Below, piece by piece: positions 26,861 through 39,480 of a stretch of DNA of 64,000 nt. Below the pieces are notes generated by a model that was given only the letters and a program-made list of their open reading frames with translations, ran no database searches and had not been told where the DNA came from. The stretch is taken from the NCBI GenBank assembly GCA_964234715.1, contig OZ174282.1, one strand, 5' to 3'. This DNA is from Podarcis melisellensis (lineage: Eukaryota). A program made the translations under genes and the position numbers. Positions within the stretch are counted from its first letter, which is position 1. Every line of letters starts with the position of its first letter.

Positions 26861-29800
26861 TTTCCCCCTCCCTTTTTTGGGCGGCGGCTTAGTTTTAAAG
26901 CAGGTTTAGGGAACCTTTAGCCCTCCAGATGCACCAGAACTACAACTCCCACCATCCCTGGCCGTTGAACACGCTTCCTGTTTTTAAATGAGCAAGGTTG
27001 CTGAGCTCTTGATTTAGGTGTTTCACTTGCAGACACAAGACACTTTGCAGCCTCCCAGACATCTTTCTTGGACTGGAATGCAGAGGTGACTTTTGAAAGA
27101 GGTAGAAACTGCAACAGTGGTGCCTGTATGAATTCTGAAATCTGAAACTTAGAAATCCCTCCATCATTGTTTATAACTTTATTTAGAGCTGTGATTAATA
27201 TCCATTTGACAAGTTGTTTCAGTATTGGCTTTATACAAGTTGCATTTATTTATAAAAGTTGCAGCATTATGTATAACTATCAGAAAGTTCTCAAATGAGA
27301 ACTTGGAGCTCGGAAAAGGGGGGAGATTTCAGGGGAGAGGTTTTGAGGAGTTATTAGGGGCAAAAGTGGGCTTGTGTGCTATGAGGTAAGGATGAGGGGA
27401 AATCCTGGTTTTTTGGGGGGGGAGGAGGCCTTGTTAGTGGTGGCCAGTGCTGCATGTAGTTCTTAAATATGTTTGTCTTGCCAGAACTCTTTAAGGTTAT
27501 CCCCCCCATGCCCCAGTTGTAATTAGAATACAGTGTTTTTAAGGGGTGGGTTGGCAGCCCACCTGTAGCAGCCACCACACCCCTGATTGCCCAGTGATGT
27601 TGCTAAGTTCTGTGGCATGCTGGGTAAAAATAAAGGGGGGTGTCAAGTAGCAGCCATTAAAAAAGAGGCCACAAACTAAAACAGTGTTAAAAAGTAATGT
27701 GGTTTTTCTTTTCTTTTAAAAAAGACCACTACTGCCAACACAGTGGCATGCCCAATGTCTTTAAAAAAACAACAACCTTTAAATATCTCCCTCCCCCAAA
27801 ATCTCCCACCAAAATGTCCTTCAGTTCAGCACCTACAAATGAGTATTCTTTGTTCAGTACTAAATGGGTATTTTCATCCAGTGCTCAAAGTAAAGCTATT
27901 GAATGCATAATAGCAATTTTAGTTAACAATAAATGTTATGTAAATAACCTAAAACTAACAGTCCTATGAAAATTGCAAAACAAATTATGTCAATATTTCA
28001 AGTCAATAAAATATTCAACAGTTTGGGGACAAAATCGGTATTTTGGGAATGCACGATAATGTTCCTCTAAACTTTTTTTTCCAATTGAAGAACTTTTACT
28101 TTTTTTCACACTCATTCACAGCTTTTGTTCCTTTGATATGTTACTGCTTTGATACATTCCCTCCACTTGGATGTAACTTCTTTCTCCTTTTGCTGCATGA
28201 CCTTCATCCAGTCAGGGAGCATGAAGCCACTTGTAGAGTAAATAATAATCACAGTGTTATGTAGGAAAGGATGTTTTGTGTGTGTGACTATATCACTGAA
28301 GGCAAACAAAAGTGACTGTGGATGAGTATCACATCTCCTGGATTCCTCTCGAGGCCAGTCAAGGGGGATTCCTGATTCCTTTAACTCTGAATGGGAGAAC
28401 ATTTTGTCACAGTCCCTGAAAAGTTTCTGAAAGGGAACTTCTTGCACCTACAGAAAATGCTCATAAAAAGCAACACACACCCTTTTAGCTCATTCCTGGC
28501 TTGATGGTGTGTGAAACCTCAGAGATGAATGATCTCCATAGGACCGCTCTTGGAAAGAAGGCAAATTGTAATGTGAGCTGAATGGATTCAGTTTTATGAT
28601 CCTCTTTGCCATTTTGTGTGACATTTTTTAAACTTAAATTGATAATGGAATCTTGCAGCAGGCATAAAATATGAATTAGCAGAGGTCTGGAGAGAATGCA
28701 AACAGAAAGGCAGGCACAGAAAGCCCCTCCGAGAAATTCAAATGAGGTGTGTACTGACACAGTTTGTTGCTGAGGTATCATACAATTATCGTCAAGGTAA
28801 TAAAGCACGACAGAATATTTTCGGGGTACTTTAAAGTCAATGGAACTAATATTGTTGACAGTGGTAGTTCACAGGGCAATAGAAAAGAAGAAGTCACAGT
28901 TCCGTCAGCAGGGAATATTTGCTGAGTTGTTCTTTCAGCTCTTTCTTCTTGTAGGGTTTCTCTTCTAGTCTGTTTTGTTTTTGTTTAGTAATGAGCAGAG
29001 TATCTAGTTCTCAAGTTTTTCAAGGTATATTTGAAAGCATGTGGTAAAATCTCAGAGGCTGAGTTTCTAGTCATTGTCGCAAAGCTTCAGTGGCTACATT
29101 ATGGGATTCCACTCTAGGCATCCACAGTGAAAGGATATCAGGGGATGGGATAGGAAAAGAATTCTACCTGAGGAGAATTCTGTGGCCTAATTCTGTCCCA
29201 TTTCTGTTTTGCCTGCACATTTTCAGTGGTTTATAATACATTTCTCCTTAAAATGTACATTTTCTACACTTTACACATACTTTTGAGCATAGGTTTTGTG
29301 CACCAAAATGGCATTGTAAAATCTGGAGAAGTGCAGAATTTGACAGAGAGCTCCATTCTAATCCACAAGAAAGTTTGGGAGGGTTGGCTTGGGTCAGTCC
29401 ATTGTGAATATTGGTCCAAATGAAGTCTTTCCCCATCCATAAGAGCGTAAAAGTGTTAAGCTAAATTAGTGGTGGGGAACTGGATCCAGCCAGCAAGCCC
29501 CCACTTCTTGCAGGCCAATTTTGATAGGTAAGTGGGACCATTCATCTGCCCATCAAAGGAGGTCACAGCTGATCCGTGGTTACAGAAAAATCCTTTGAAG
29601 GTGTGCTTTCAGCATCAGTTGATTGGTACTGAGAGGCAACCTTTGATCAGCCTTTATAAGGAGTCCCTTCAGAGTTTGTTTCAAGGGAATGGTTTGAATC
29701 AGATACATTCCTTCCAAACGCACCATTTTCCATTCTGCAGATAAATTAGCCCTATGTTTATTTATTTTATAAAATTTATATACTGCTTGATTGCAAAAAC

Positions 29801-30849
29801 AAACATCTAAGTGGCTTAGGAAGGTGTCTTGCGCTACTTCTTTCAAATGGAACATTCCCCCCATCCCTACAGACATCTGCAGGGGAAGAAATGCTCCAGT
29901 TGGAGGAAGAGGTTGATATTCTAACACTGTATTCCTGGGTGGCAGATATGAGCACCCACCCACAAATTAGAGGTCCCAGTTCAAGGTGAACATCCCCATT
30001 GAGTTTGATTTGATTTGGTTCTCACACTCCACTTCCACAAACATTTGCAGACAGAAATTGAGGATTTCCCAGTGAAATGACCCTCAACTGTCTAGGAGAG
30101 GCTTCATGGAGTCCCAAATAATTCAGACTATGTGACAGCCCAAAGACCAACAGCTGCAGCTGACTGTACCACACTTTGCTGTGTAGCTTGTGTCAGTTCA
30201 GAGCAGCCTAGGAGCAGTTACAATGACCCATGATCTCTGCTTGCAGTCCACAAAGATTGCAGTGGAAATTATGGTGCCATGTGATCTCTGCCTGTGAGAG
30301 ATGCCACACAGTGCTCTCAAGTATTTATAGCTGTGAATTGTGGAGCTTGCTAGCCCCTTGATCCTTGGCTGCAAAATGACAGCTCCATGCAGCCCAGGTG
30401 AGGTGTTCTGGGATTCTCAAAGGTTGTAGCTGGAGATTGCATAGCTGACATACCCCATGATTCCCATCTGCAATCAGTGACCCCATGATCTCAGCAGCAC
30501 TTTTGTCAATTGCGGTCAGGGGATATACGGCAGATGGCGTCTCCTGAAGTAGATGGAGCTGTCTGTTCCATTTGTGTGGTCTCCAGTTGCTCTCTCCTTT
30601 CTTGAGGTAAGGATGTGAACTGGAAGGGTGTTAGACGCAGGGAGGAGTCAGATGCTTCAGTGTTCAAGTGGAATGCTCCAAAAAAATTCCCTTTCATTTT
30701 TTAAAGTGTTTGACTTGAACATTCCACTAATTGACTTCTAGAGTATGTGTGTACGTGTGTGTGTTAAACAGACCTAAAGGGGTTGTTTATTAGGATGCTT
30801 TGAATGAATCAAATAAAGCGACATTCAAACAAAAATACATATTAGTAGT

Positions 30850-31020
30850 GGCCTTACACTGAGTCAAACCCTTGGTCCATCTACCTCACTATTGTCTACA
30901 ATGACTGGAAGTGGCTCTCCAGGATCTTGGCAAATGTATCTTTCCCATTTCTACCTGGAAATGATAGGGAATGAACTTGGGAACTTCTGTATGCCAAGCA
31001 GATGCTCTACCACTGACTTA
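30850..31020 (-). mobile_element. tRNA-derived SINE with CR1-like tail
   Basis: Minus strand agtcagtggtagagcatctgcttggcatacagaagttcccaagttcattccc contains pol III A/B-box-like motifs; degraded + copy at ~40580-40745. Confidence 0.6.
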
Positions 31021-31385
31021 CAAAAGTAAACAACTTGGATGAGATGTTTTGACCATATAAATTGGAAAGAAAAACAAACTACCCTGCCGACTGCAATGTC
31101 AAAGTCTCAAGAAAAGCTGAGCTAATGTTCACATATTTTTCTTCTTTGCACTTTTGTCAATATACTGCCAGTTCAGATAAGGACAGGGAGTGCAAATTGC
31201 TAATCCCTTGTTTTACGAAAGGCCAATGACTCCTTCATCCAAGTGCTGGAACATCATGTATTTTGTTGTCCATAATGCACACATGACTCATTTGTTCATG
31301 GTCTGGCCATAAACCCTAAACATGAGGGTCAGAAGTGGGCTAAAATACCGTATGTGTATCTTTGAAATGTACTGAGGTTTCCAGA

Positions 31386-31448
31386 ACCACCACCACCTCC
31401 TCCTCCTCCCCCTCCTCCTCCTCCTCCTCCTCCTCCTCCTCCTTCTTC
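31386..31448. repeat. (ACC)n(TCC)n(TTC)n compound microsatellite
   Basis: Direct reading. Confidence 0.9.
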
Positions 31449-33685
31449 ATTTCACCTGAACAAAAGCTTACAACTGGGCAGCTCCACTTCATACGACTAA
31501 GAGACCAATTTCTGGATCTACCCTGCCTAGATGTCAGTAGACCAGGGTTGGAGAACCTCAGAAATGAAGGCCAAATCTAATCTTCCAGGCCTTTCATCTA
31601 GCCTTTGGACAGTGACTTGGCATTGGGGGAAGCGGGGGCTGGTGCAGCCACCGCGGGCTGCCTCTGTGCCTAGCCCCCCACATGCCCTGAGTGCCATGTG
31701 ACCACCCCGGATGTCAGTAGCATATGCTCCACCACTGCCTTTGGAACCCTCCCCTGTCTGCAGTCCCCACTGCCCCTGCTTCACACTGTCAGGTCTTCCT
31801 CCTCCCTAAAATGAAGTCAAGGGTCACAGATCCATGGGGGCTATGGGGCTGCAGATTGCTCACCCCTCCTTCAGATACCAGGTGAAACCAGCCACATTAT
31901 CCAGCACCTTTTGCATGGATTTAATTATGTGACTCTTTGTGATATTGTGCTTATAACACACTGCTTTTATGCTTGGTTCTAGCTTGATTTATTTTGTATT
32001 TTGTTCTTGTATTCTTGAAATTGTGTATGTAAGCTACCCTGGAGACTGCTGATGGAAAGATGGGGGTCTATTTTTAAGAATTTATTACAACTCACCCTTG
32101 TGACAGCAGCATCATAGCTGATGGAAATGTGAGAAAAATGAGCAAGCAGAGATTCATTGCAACCCATTGTCCAGATAAAAATGTCCTATGTGCCGACAAT
32201 TCATGGGGGACAGGATGGTTTCATACAATGGAAGACAAGTACAACCAAGGGACGGAGAGACACCAGGTTGATCTTGACCTTTCTGAACATTAATGGGCTG
32301 CTCAAAATGTCAAATTAAATCACGAGTCTTTTCAGTTGACTTCAGCAGTCATTAATAGAGGGCCTACCATCAGTAGCCATTATCCATGATGCCAAGGGAC
32401 AGGATGGCTGCAGCTCGACTCATTTCATAAGTGAGCATCATAATATATTCAGTTTGACCCATATGTTCCCCATATTTAGTTGTTATTTCAGTAGTTCTTT
32501 GCATGCATGACTATGATCTCCAACAGAGGCGAATGGCCCTGGTACTTAGGGAGAAAAGCTAGGAGTCTGTTTTCACTCTCCCCCAGCATCTGCTATCTGA
32601 GGTGGTTGCTTCACTTGTAGGTAGGGTGGCCCTGACCTGATGTGGTTGGAGCAACAGGAGAGCAGTCAACCAATGGCTTCAACTTAGTCCCTTTGGCAAA
32701 TGCATCAAAAAAGAACTGAGTGACATGTAGGGTCAACACAAGGTGCACCTCAGTTGTGCCGAAAGTAAACAAAGCAAAGATATGGCTCAGAAAGAGAAAT
32801 GCAGCCAATAAAATATTCACTTCTACATTCCTAAGGCTGTCATATAAAAGGAGACATGGAGAGGTAACTTAAAGGTAGAAGGGGGATCACATAGCTTGAA
32901 GGGAAGATCAGGGAATTGAAAGGTAGTATGCAGTCTTGGGACTCGGGAGCCAAAGTGCCATTTGAGATTTGGGGTAGAGCTGGAAGGGTTGCTTTTCACC
33001 CCCCCCCCCCAAGAGAGGTAGGGCTTGTTGGGCTGGAAGAGACAGAACAGGGGAATTCATCCTCTGAGGTAAGTTCTCTTGGAATGTACTTCTGAAGGGT
33101 GAAATAAGGAAATGCTTCATGCAACCCTCCCTCTGGGACATATTTTGTTTTTTGGAATATGTACCTGAAACCAACCAACTAGACAAAGAAAGTGGAAATT
33201 TCCAGATAGCTTGATTGCTTAGGCAAAGACTGGATTTTATGAGCACATCTCTTCATGTTCACAGAATCACAGTATTGTTGAGTTGGAAGGGACCCCAAGG
33301 ATAAGGTATCCTGGTATGTATAACGAAAGTCCCTAACAATATGTAAGCTAAGGAAAACTGTAATGAGTTTAGGTTCTCTGGGCTATCAAGCAGCAGCTTG
33401 GTAATCTTGCTACATTGCAGTAATGGGTTTAATGTTCAATCTCTGATCAAATTAAAAGGAACAAAGATTTCATATAATAAATGAAAAACTAAGTATACTT
33501 TTGTTCAGCTTTAAAATAATAAATGTATCCAACTGGGAAAAGGTAAGTCACTTCCATTCCTCTACCTACTTTTTGGCCATACGGTTCCCATAAAGTTCCC
33601 AGCAAAGGAATGCAACCCTTGGAATGCAAAGGTTTCCCACTACTGTTGTAAAGGCAGCTTGGTACGAAATGCAAAAAAGTGACCA

Positions 33686-33911
33686 CAGTGGTACCTCGGG
33701 TTACAAACTCTTCGGGTTACAAACTCCGCTAACCCGGAAGTAGTTGCTCCAGGTTGTGAACTTTGAACCAGGATGAGAATGGAAATCGTGTGCCAGCGGT
33801 GTGGTGGCAGCAGGAGGCCCCATTAGTGAAAGTGCGCCTCAGGTTAAGAATAGTTTCGTGTTAAGAACAGACCTCCGGAATGAATTAAGTTTGTAACCCG
33901 AGGTACCACTG
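33686..33911. mobile_element. Tc1/mariner (Tigger/pogo-like) MITE, second copy
   Basis: Perfect TIRs CAGTGGTACCTCGGGTTACAAACT / AGTTTGTAACCCGAGGTACCACTG; flanks CA/TA; homologous to 11336-11577. Confidence 0.88.
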
Positions 33912-34736
33912 TATTTTAAAATGTATGCCGTGTAGAAAAACAGTGCAAAACTAAAAGGATGCATGGATTTCACACCTCTCAATTGTTTAACTCAGAGGTC
34001 TTGCTAACCATAACTTGAGAGATTTTTGGAAGCTTATTCCCTTATAACTTCAAGACTTATATTTCAAAACTTGAATAGGAAATCACTTGCATCAAGTTCA
34101 AGTAATACAATAGTTGCAATGCTGGCACTTTCAACCCTGACATGTTATGTTCTCCTTAGGAGGGAAAAGGCCCATTAAAACATTTCTCCAATTATTAACA
34201 TTTTCTGCACTGTCTAGACATTTAGGATGCAGGAACACACTGTTTATATGTCTGCCTTGTCTTGCTAAATGTACACATTTTAAGTAAAAACAGCTCAAGA
34301 TTTTCCCCTTCTACTACAATATAACCTTTATTCACATTTTCCTCCCAGTAAAGAACCAGACAAATCCCAACAGGCTTAAGACTTAGGTTTGGCTCCAGTT
34401 CGATCAGATAGTCCAACTTCTCTGTCTCTTTTCCTGAATTTCATATGTCCAAAGTGGAATTGTGTCAAGTCCAAGGTTAAACATGATATGCAAATTCATT
34501 CCAAATAAGGGCCAAAATATATCTGACATGAAGATGTGTTGTTGTTGGTGATGGTTGCTGCTGTGGCAGTGTTTTAAGCTGGCCGTTGTGGCTGGTTGCT
34601 CTTGTTGCTGCTGCTGTGCCTAATTAACAGCATTTTGGGGGTGTTGCTTGGCTCCTATTTTTAAAGAAAAATTATCATTTCCCTCGCGTAAAGTCATTTT
34701 CTTTGTTTGTTTAAAACCATTTCTAGTTCTGAATTG

Positions 34737-35099
34737 GGTAAAGGTAAAGGACCCCTGGACAGTTAAGTCCAGTAATGGGGTTGCGGCGTCCATCTCGTTC
34801 CAGGCCAAGCGAACCACCATTTGTCCACAGACAGCTTTCTGGGTCACGTGGCCAGCATGACTAAACTGCTTCTGGTGCAACAGAACACTGTGATGGAAAC
34901 CAAAGCACACAGAAACGCCATTTACCTTCCTGCCGCAACAGTATCTATCTACTTGAACTGGTGTGCTTCCGAACTGCTAGGTTGGCAGGAGCAGGGACCG
35001 AGCAATGGGAGCTCACCCCATCACGGTGATTTGAACCTCTGACCTTCTGATAGGCAAGTCCTAGGCTTTGTGGTTAACCCACAGCACCACCCGCGTCCC
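34737..35099 (-). mobile_element. Sauria SINE (full length)
   Basis: Minus strand starts gggacgcgggtggtgctgtggg and ends with the (CCTTTA)n tail (ggtaaaggtaaagg on +); internal gtccacagacagctttctgggtcacgtggccagcatgac. Confidence 0.88.
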
Positions 35100-36003
35100 A
35101 AATGTGTGTAAGAAACATAATTAATAAATAATGCATCCATTCCAATTTGAAAACAAGACTAGGTAATTTGGAGCCTCAAAATCTGGGGGGGGGGGGGGGA
35201 ATTTGGAGAAGAAATTTGCAAACATCCCTCTAGCAACCAGAAAATATTCCCAACTCATTTTGCAACACTGAAGAGAGCAGGGAAGCCTCTGCTTGCATGG
35301 ATCACTGCACTTGCCTCGACAGCCAGCATACTGCATAACTTTGTGGTCCAAATCACTTTGATCAAACCTTCAAAATGAGACTCCTAAAGAGCTAATTCAT
35401 CTGTCAGTTCAACCTGCAAGGTGCTTTTCTTCTCTCATTACGTTTTGAAATCAAACCTCTCTTACAATCCTTACACAACTTTCATTTCCTTAAGCATCAG
35501 CAAGGTTCCACATTTCAAAAGCTCTTCACTCAACTACAAAAGGCAGCACATCATATTTATTTCTTAATCAAATGTGGGGGGGGGGAATAAAAGCGGCAGG
35601 ACTCTCGCTGAAACCTGTGGGTAAGGGAAAGGAAGTTTAAAAAGAAAGAAAGAAAATTATTCATATACTAAATCCCTAGCTTTCCTTTATCTTTGACACA
35701 AAGGAATAACATAACATGGTCAAAAAGATAAAACAATGTTTTTCATGAAACAATCAAGGTGAGAGCTTTGTTGTTGGCATCTGTCTGGCTTAAGAGACAA
35801 TGGAGTGCATTTCTGGAGGTAAAGTCAAACCGTTGCGTTTGCAGTGACCTCCCTTGGGCACAAGGCTGGGCAGTGTGTATGGAGGTTTTAGGCTGCCCAG
35901 ATGACAAGACCTCTCCCTCAGCCTGGCTGATTTGTGCTGCAAGGGAAAGCAGAGCAATACATTTGGCACCAGCTTGGCTGCAGGAGTTGCCAGAAGGAGG
36001 CAC

Positions 36004-36287
36004 ACAGGGTGGCGCTGTGGTCTAAACCACTGAGCTCCTTGAGATCGCTGTGACAGGGTGAACTCCTGTTGCTCTGTCCCAACTTCTGACAACCTAGCAG
36101 TTCAAAAGCACACCAGTGCAAGTAGATAAATAGATACTGCTGCGGCGGGAAGGTAAACGGCGTTTCCATGCGCTCTGGCTCCATTGCACTAGAAGCGGTT
36201 TAGTCATGCTAGCCACATGACCCAGAAAGCTGTCTGTGGACAAATGCTGGCTCCCTTGGCCTGAAGAGCAAGATGAGCACCACAACA
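36004..36287 (+). mobile_element. Sauria SINE (3'-truncated)
   Basis: gggtggcgctgtggtctaaaccac head; body is the reverse complement of ~34780-35010. Confidence 0.85.
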
Positions 36288-36530
36288 TCATTCCACTGTC
36301 TTGGGGACTCAGCTCTGCATTTGTGTAGGGTTTACTCCTTGGCTTTTTCTTCTCCCCAAGATGTCTTGCAAGGCAGGATATTTTTTCTTCCCAGGTTCAT
36401 GATCCCCATCTGCCCATCACTTCTTCCTACAGCACATGCAGAAGCTGCCTTCTTGACCATTGGACCCACTGTTGGTCTGTCTGCTCAATCCACTGGAGCC
36501 TTTCTTCGCTGAAGGATTGAGATTCATCTA

Positions 36531-36986
36531 TGTGGCATTCATACGGAGCCCCCGGCTGTCTCACGGACTATTGACTCGTACACCACTAATCCACTGCCAC
36601 CAACCAGGTCCTCCTCAGTAAATCACTTAGTCTCAGTCAGGTTCTTAAGTTAACAATGAAGATTGTAGTTTATTGCAAACACAAATAAACTTTAAATGCA
36701 TTCGAAACGCTGTTACCCTTTACCCTCTTAGTCTTATTTTATTCTGTCTCTAACTTCTACCTCCCCTCACACAAGAACCAACTGCACTAACTCTCTCTCT
36801 ATTTCAATCTGTCTGCCAACTGCTTTCCCAACTGCCTTTTCCTAACCAACCAACCAAACAACTAACCCTCGGGCTAAGCCCTTTTATAAACAGGTAGGCT
36901 CTGCCTCTGGCTTTTCTATTGGTCTGCCTATTAACTCTTTCTTTCCCCCTGTACAAACATTTTCAAAAGAATGGACAAATGCCACA
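36531..36986 (-). mobile_element. Solo LTR (Gypsy/ERV-like), 456 bp
   Basis: Ends TGTGGCATT...AATGCCACA (9-bp inverted repeat, TG...CA); 5-bp flanks ATCTA/ATCTG; on the minus strand CCAAT (~36920), TATAAAAG (~36885) and AATAAA (~36670) occur in U3-R order. Confidence 0.85.
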
Positions 36987-37112
36987 ATCTGCTACCCTCA
37001 CCTGGTGTAGTCAGAACCATTCCTGGGGTGTGGTCGCTGTTGCATGCTGACAGCCTCTAGAAGCCACAGGTGAGAGCTGAATGCAGGGTGAGAACAAGGT
37101 TGGATGAACTAG

Positions 37113-37253
37113 ATGAAGACATCTGAAGGCAGCCCTGTTTAGGTTTAATGTCTGATGCATTACTGTATTTTAATATTTTGTTGGAAGCCACCCAGAGTGG
37201 CTGGGGAAGCCCAGCCAGATGGGCAGGGTATAAATACATCATCATCATCATCA

Positions 37254-37296
<43 letters not shown>

Positions 37297-37311
37297 TACT
37301 ACTACTTCTTC
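37113..37311 (+). mobile_element. L2 3' end with compound trinucleotide tail
   Basis: Closely similar to 15875-16000 (ttggaagccacccagagtggctgggga...gggtataaata), followed by (CAT)n(TAT)n(TAC)n(TTC)n. Confidence 0.88.
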
Positions 37312-38166
37312 CCCAGAAGGGGCCTGACATGTCTCCCACCAGAGGGGGGACTACCCCTCCCCTAGCTCCCCATACACCCCAATGAGAGCCTTTGAGCTTA
37401 TAAAATTCATTGTTCTACTCTTGGAATCCAAAAAGGTGTTTGAGAAAGAAGTGCCCCCCTCCTAAATAAATAAATAAAATGGAGGTAGGGGAATTCCTTA
37501 ACAGTTTTCTGGGAGATCTAAATCATATTCTCAGTTTTGCATACATAACATATAGAGAATATTTTTATCTGCTTAGATGTGAAATACTAACAGATGGGGA
37601 AAGTGACATGCAAAGAGAGCAAATAATTAGGAAAGATGGATGGTGGTATTTCAAAAACCCCAGCTTCAGCATTGTTGGAGATTTTCTAATAGCTCTTAAA
37701 GAAAATTCTAGGTTCTCCCCCACATTCTTAATAACACGTTTGTGACAATACGTCTTGTTTTGATGTTTCTGCCCACCAACCATGATATATCTAAACAATT
37801 TACAATTATTATCTCATGCATTTTCCCAACATTTATGACTCACTCTCTTCCAATACTTCAGGTCTAAAATAGATCTTGACTTTGCTTTCTGATGTTATTT
37901 GGCTTGAATAATCTAGTTCCAAAAGTATATTTCAGGCAATGGGCCTGTGGCTAATTTCAGAAGAGCCATACCCTCCTGTGACATAAATGGCTGTACCTGG
38001 AAGACTTTGGACCCAATTCTTAAATGTGTTAGAAGGCAGGGGGAAGCCTGAAATTTGTATGATCGTGATCTAACACTGTGAGGAGGTGACTATATCAGTT
38101 TTTGTTTCTCTCATTTTTTCAGTCTTCAGCTCCCCACATTTCCATATCAGTTTGCAAGTTCTTTTT

Positions 38167-38220
38167 TTCCTTCCTTCCTTCCTTCCTTCCTTCCTTCCTT
38201 CCTTCCTTCCTTCCTTCCTT
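38167..38220. repeat. (TTCC)n microsatellite
   Basis: Direct reading. Confidence 0.95.
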
Positions 38221-38572
38221 TACAAAAAAAAATACTTCATAAAAATGCATTCAATTTTTCTAACATTTTTGCAAAGCAAGTTCCCTAATACAATGCATTT
38301 TTACATGTTATTTTCACTAATTCATGCATTTGTATTCACATTTTGCCTTTGCATGTGCATCTTTGTGCACATCCCTTGGCAGGCAAACTGCATTTCAAAA
38401 TAATTCAGAGAAGTAAAAATGTTGAAAGCTGGCTGTGTGTCGATTCATATATCACTTTGGAAAGTGGGAATTAAGTGGTGTGGCAATAAAATTGCTAGCA
38501 CAGATGCAAAGCTAAGCAGGGTCCACTATGGTTTCAAATTGGATGGGGAACGGCGTTTTGAGATCCTTGCAT

Positions 38573-38628
38573 TGCAGGGGGTTGGACTAGATGACCATTA
38601 GGGTCCCTTCCAACCCTATGATTCTATG
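38573..38628 (+). mobile_element. Very short CR1 tail
   Basis: gcagggggttggactagatgacc...gtcccttccaaccctatgattctatga. Confidence 0.75.
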
Positions 38629-38989
38629 AAATGTGAACTGAATTGAAATTGTCCTCCAAATGGCGCTTGAACTGGAAACCCATGGGTCTGGGGCAATAAG
38701 ATTTTAGAGCTGCTCTGCCCACCCAGAGATTGGCCATTGGATAGCTTTGATCAAGAAGGACTATAAAGTAGGGTTGGGAAATTTGTGACCCTCTAGCTGT
38801 TGTTGGAATATAACTCCCATCATCTTTGACCATTGACCAGACCTTGTGAGGGCTTTTCCACATTTCCACTTGTCTGAGCAATTTTCTGCTTGTCTTGTGC
38901 TTTCTAGGCACAGGTCTGATCTGAGCAGTTTTGCCTTCCCCCAGAAAACCCACTCTTTAGTGCTAAATCCTGCAGGCACCCCATTACAA

Positions 38990-39480
38990 CCTTGTCAAGC
39001 CTCTTGCCCCAAAGTGGAATAAATTCAACTGGGCAGTACTTCTTAAATTCCGTTGGGTCCAGGGTGCCCCCCAAGAGTGGCTGCAATATCAAGGGGGCAG
39101 GCACCACCACCTTCACCACACTTTGAACACACACAGTCATATCCCCAACTAGCCTTTATCAGGCATGAAGGGCAAGGGTCAACAGAGCATGCTGTTGGGC
39201 ATATACTTGCAAGCACCTTGCCCATGCCACTAGGCTGCAAAAATGGATTCTGATCCCATAAAGGACAAAGCTCACTTGGAGCTGCTTGAACTAGTCCACA
39301 ATGGAGACGAACAGTTTTGTCTCAAAAGTGCCCAGTAAGCAATTCAGAGAGGTTCTCTGAGTTGTCCAGACCCTATCCAACCAATATAGGTGCCAACAGC
39401 TTATTGATCACTTTGAAGAGCTCTGCTGGGTGGTTACTCAAGGATGCCCCCCATGCTGCTTTCATGACAATTCAGTAGGC
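38990..39480 (-). mobile_element. Old L2 ORF2 fragment
   Basis: Minus-strand translation PTACSVDPCPSCLIKASW matches L2 PTTCLLDPCPSWLIKA at 14420-14466. Confidence 0.7.

Larger units (their letters stand above)
35768..37100. mobile_element. Older GC-rich repeat (possibly RTE-related UTR/SINE) split by the Sauria SINE and the solo LTR
   Basis: Segments 35768-36003, 36288-36530 and 36987-37100 read as one continuous GC-richer sequence; family assignment is from recall only. Confidence 0.4.

Noticed and set aside
30130-30600. Possible decayed coding or retroelement sequence with repeated catgatctc motifs
   Set aside because: The frames I translated gave no recognisable motif; it cannot be classified by eye.
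30850-31020. tRNA gene
   Set aside because: Degenerate A/B boxes followed by a LINE-like tail and no cloverleaf; it is a SINE head.
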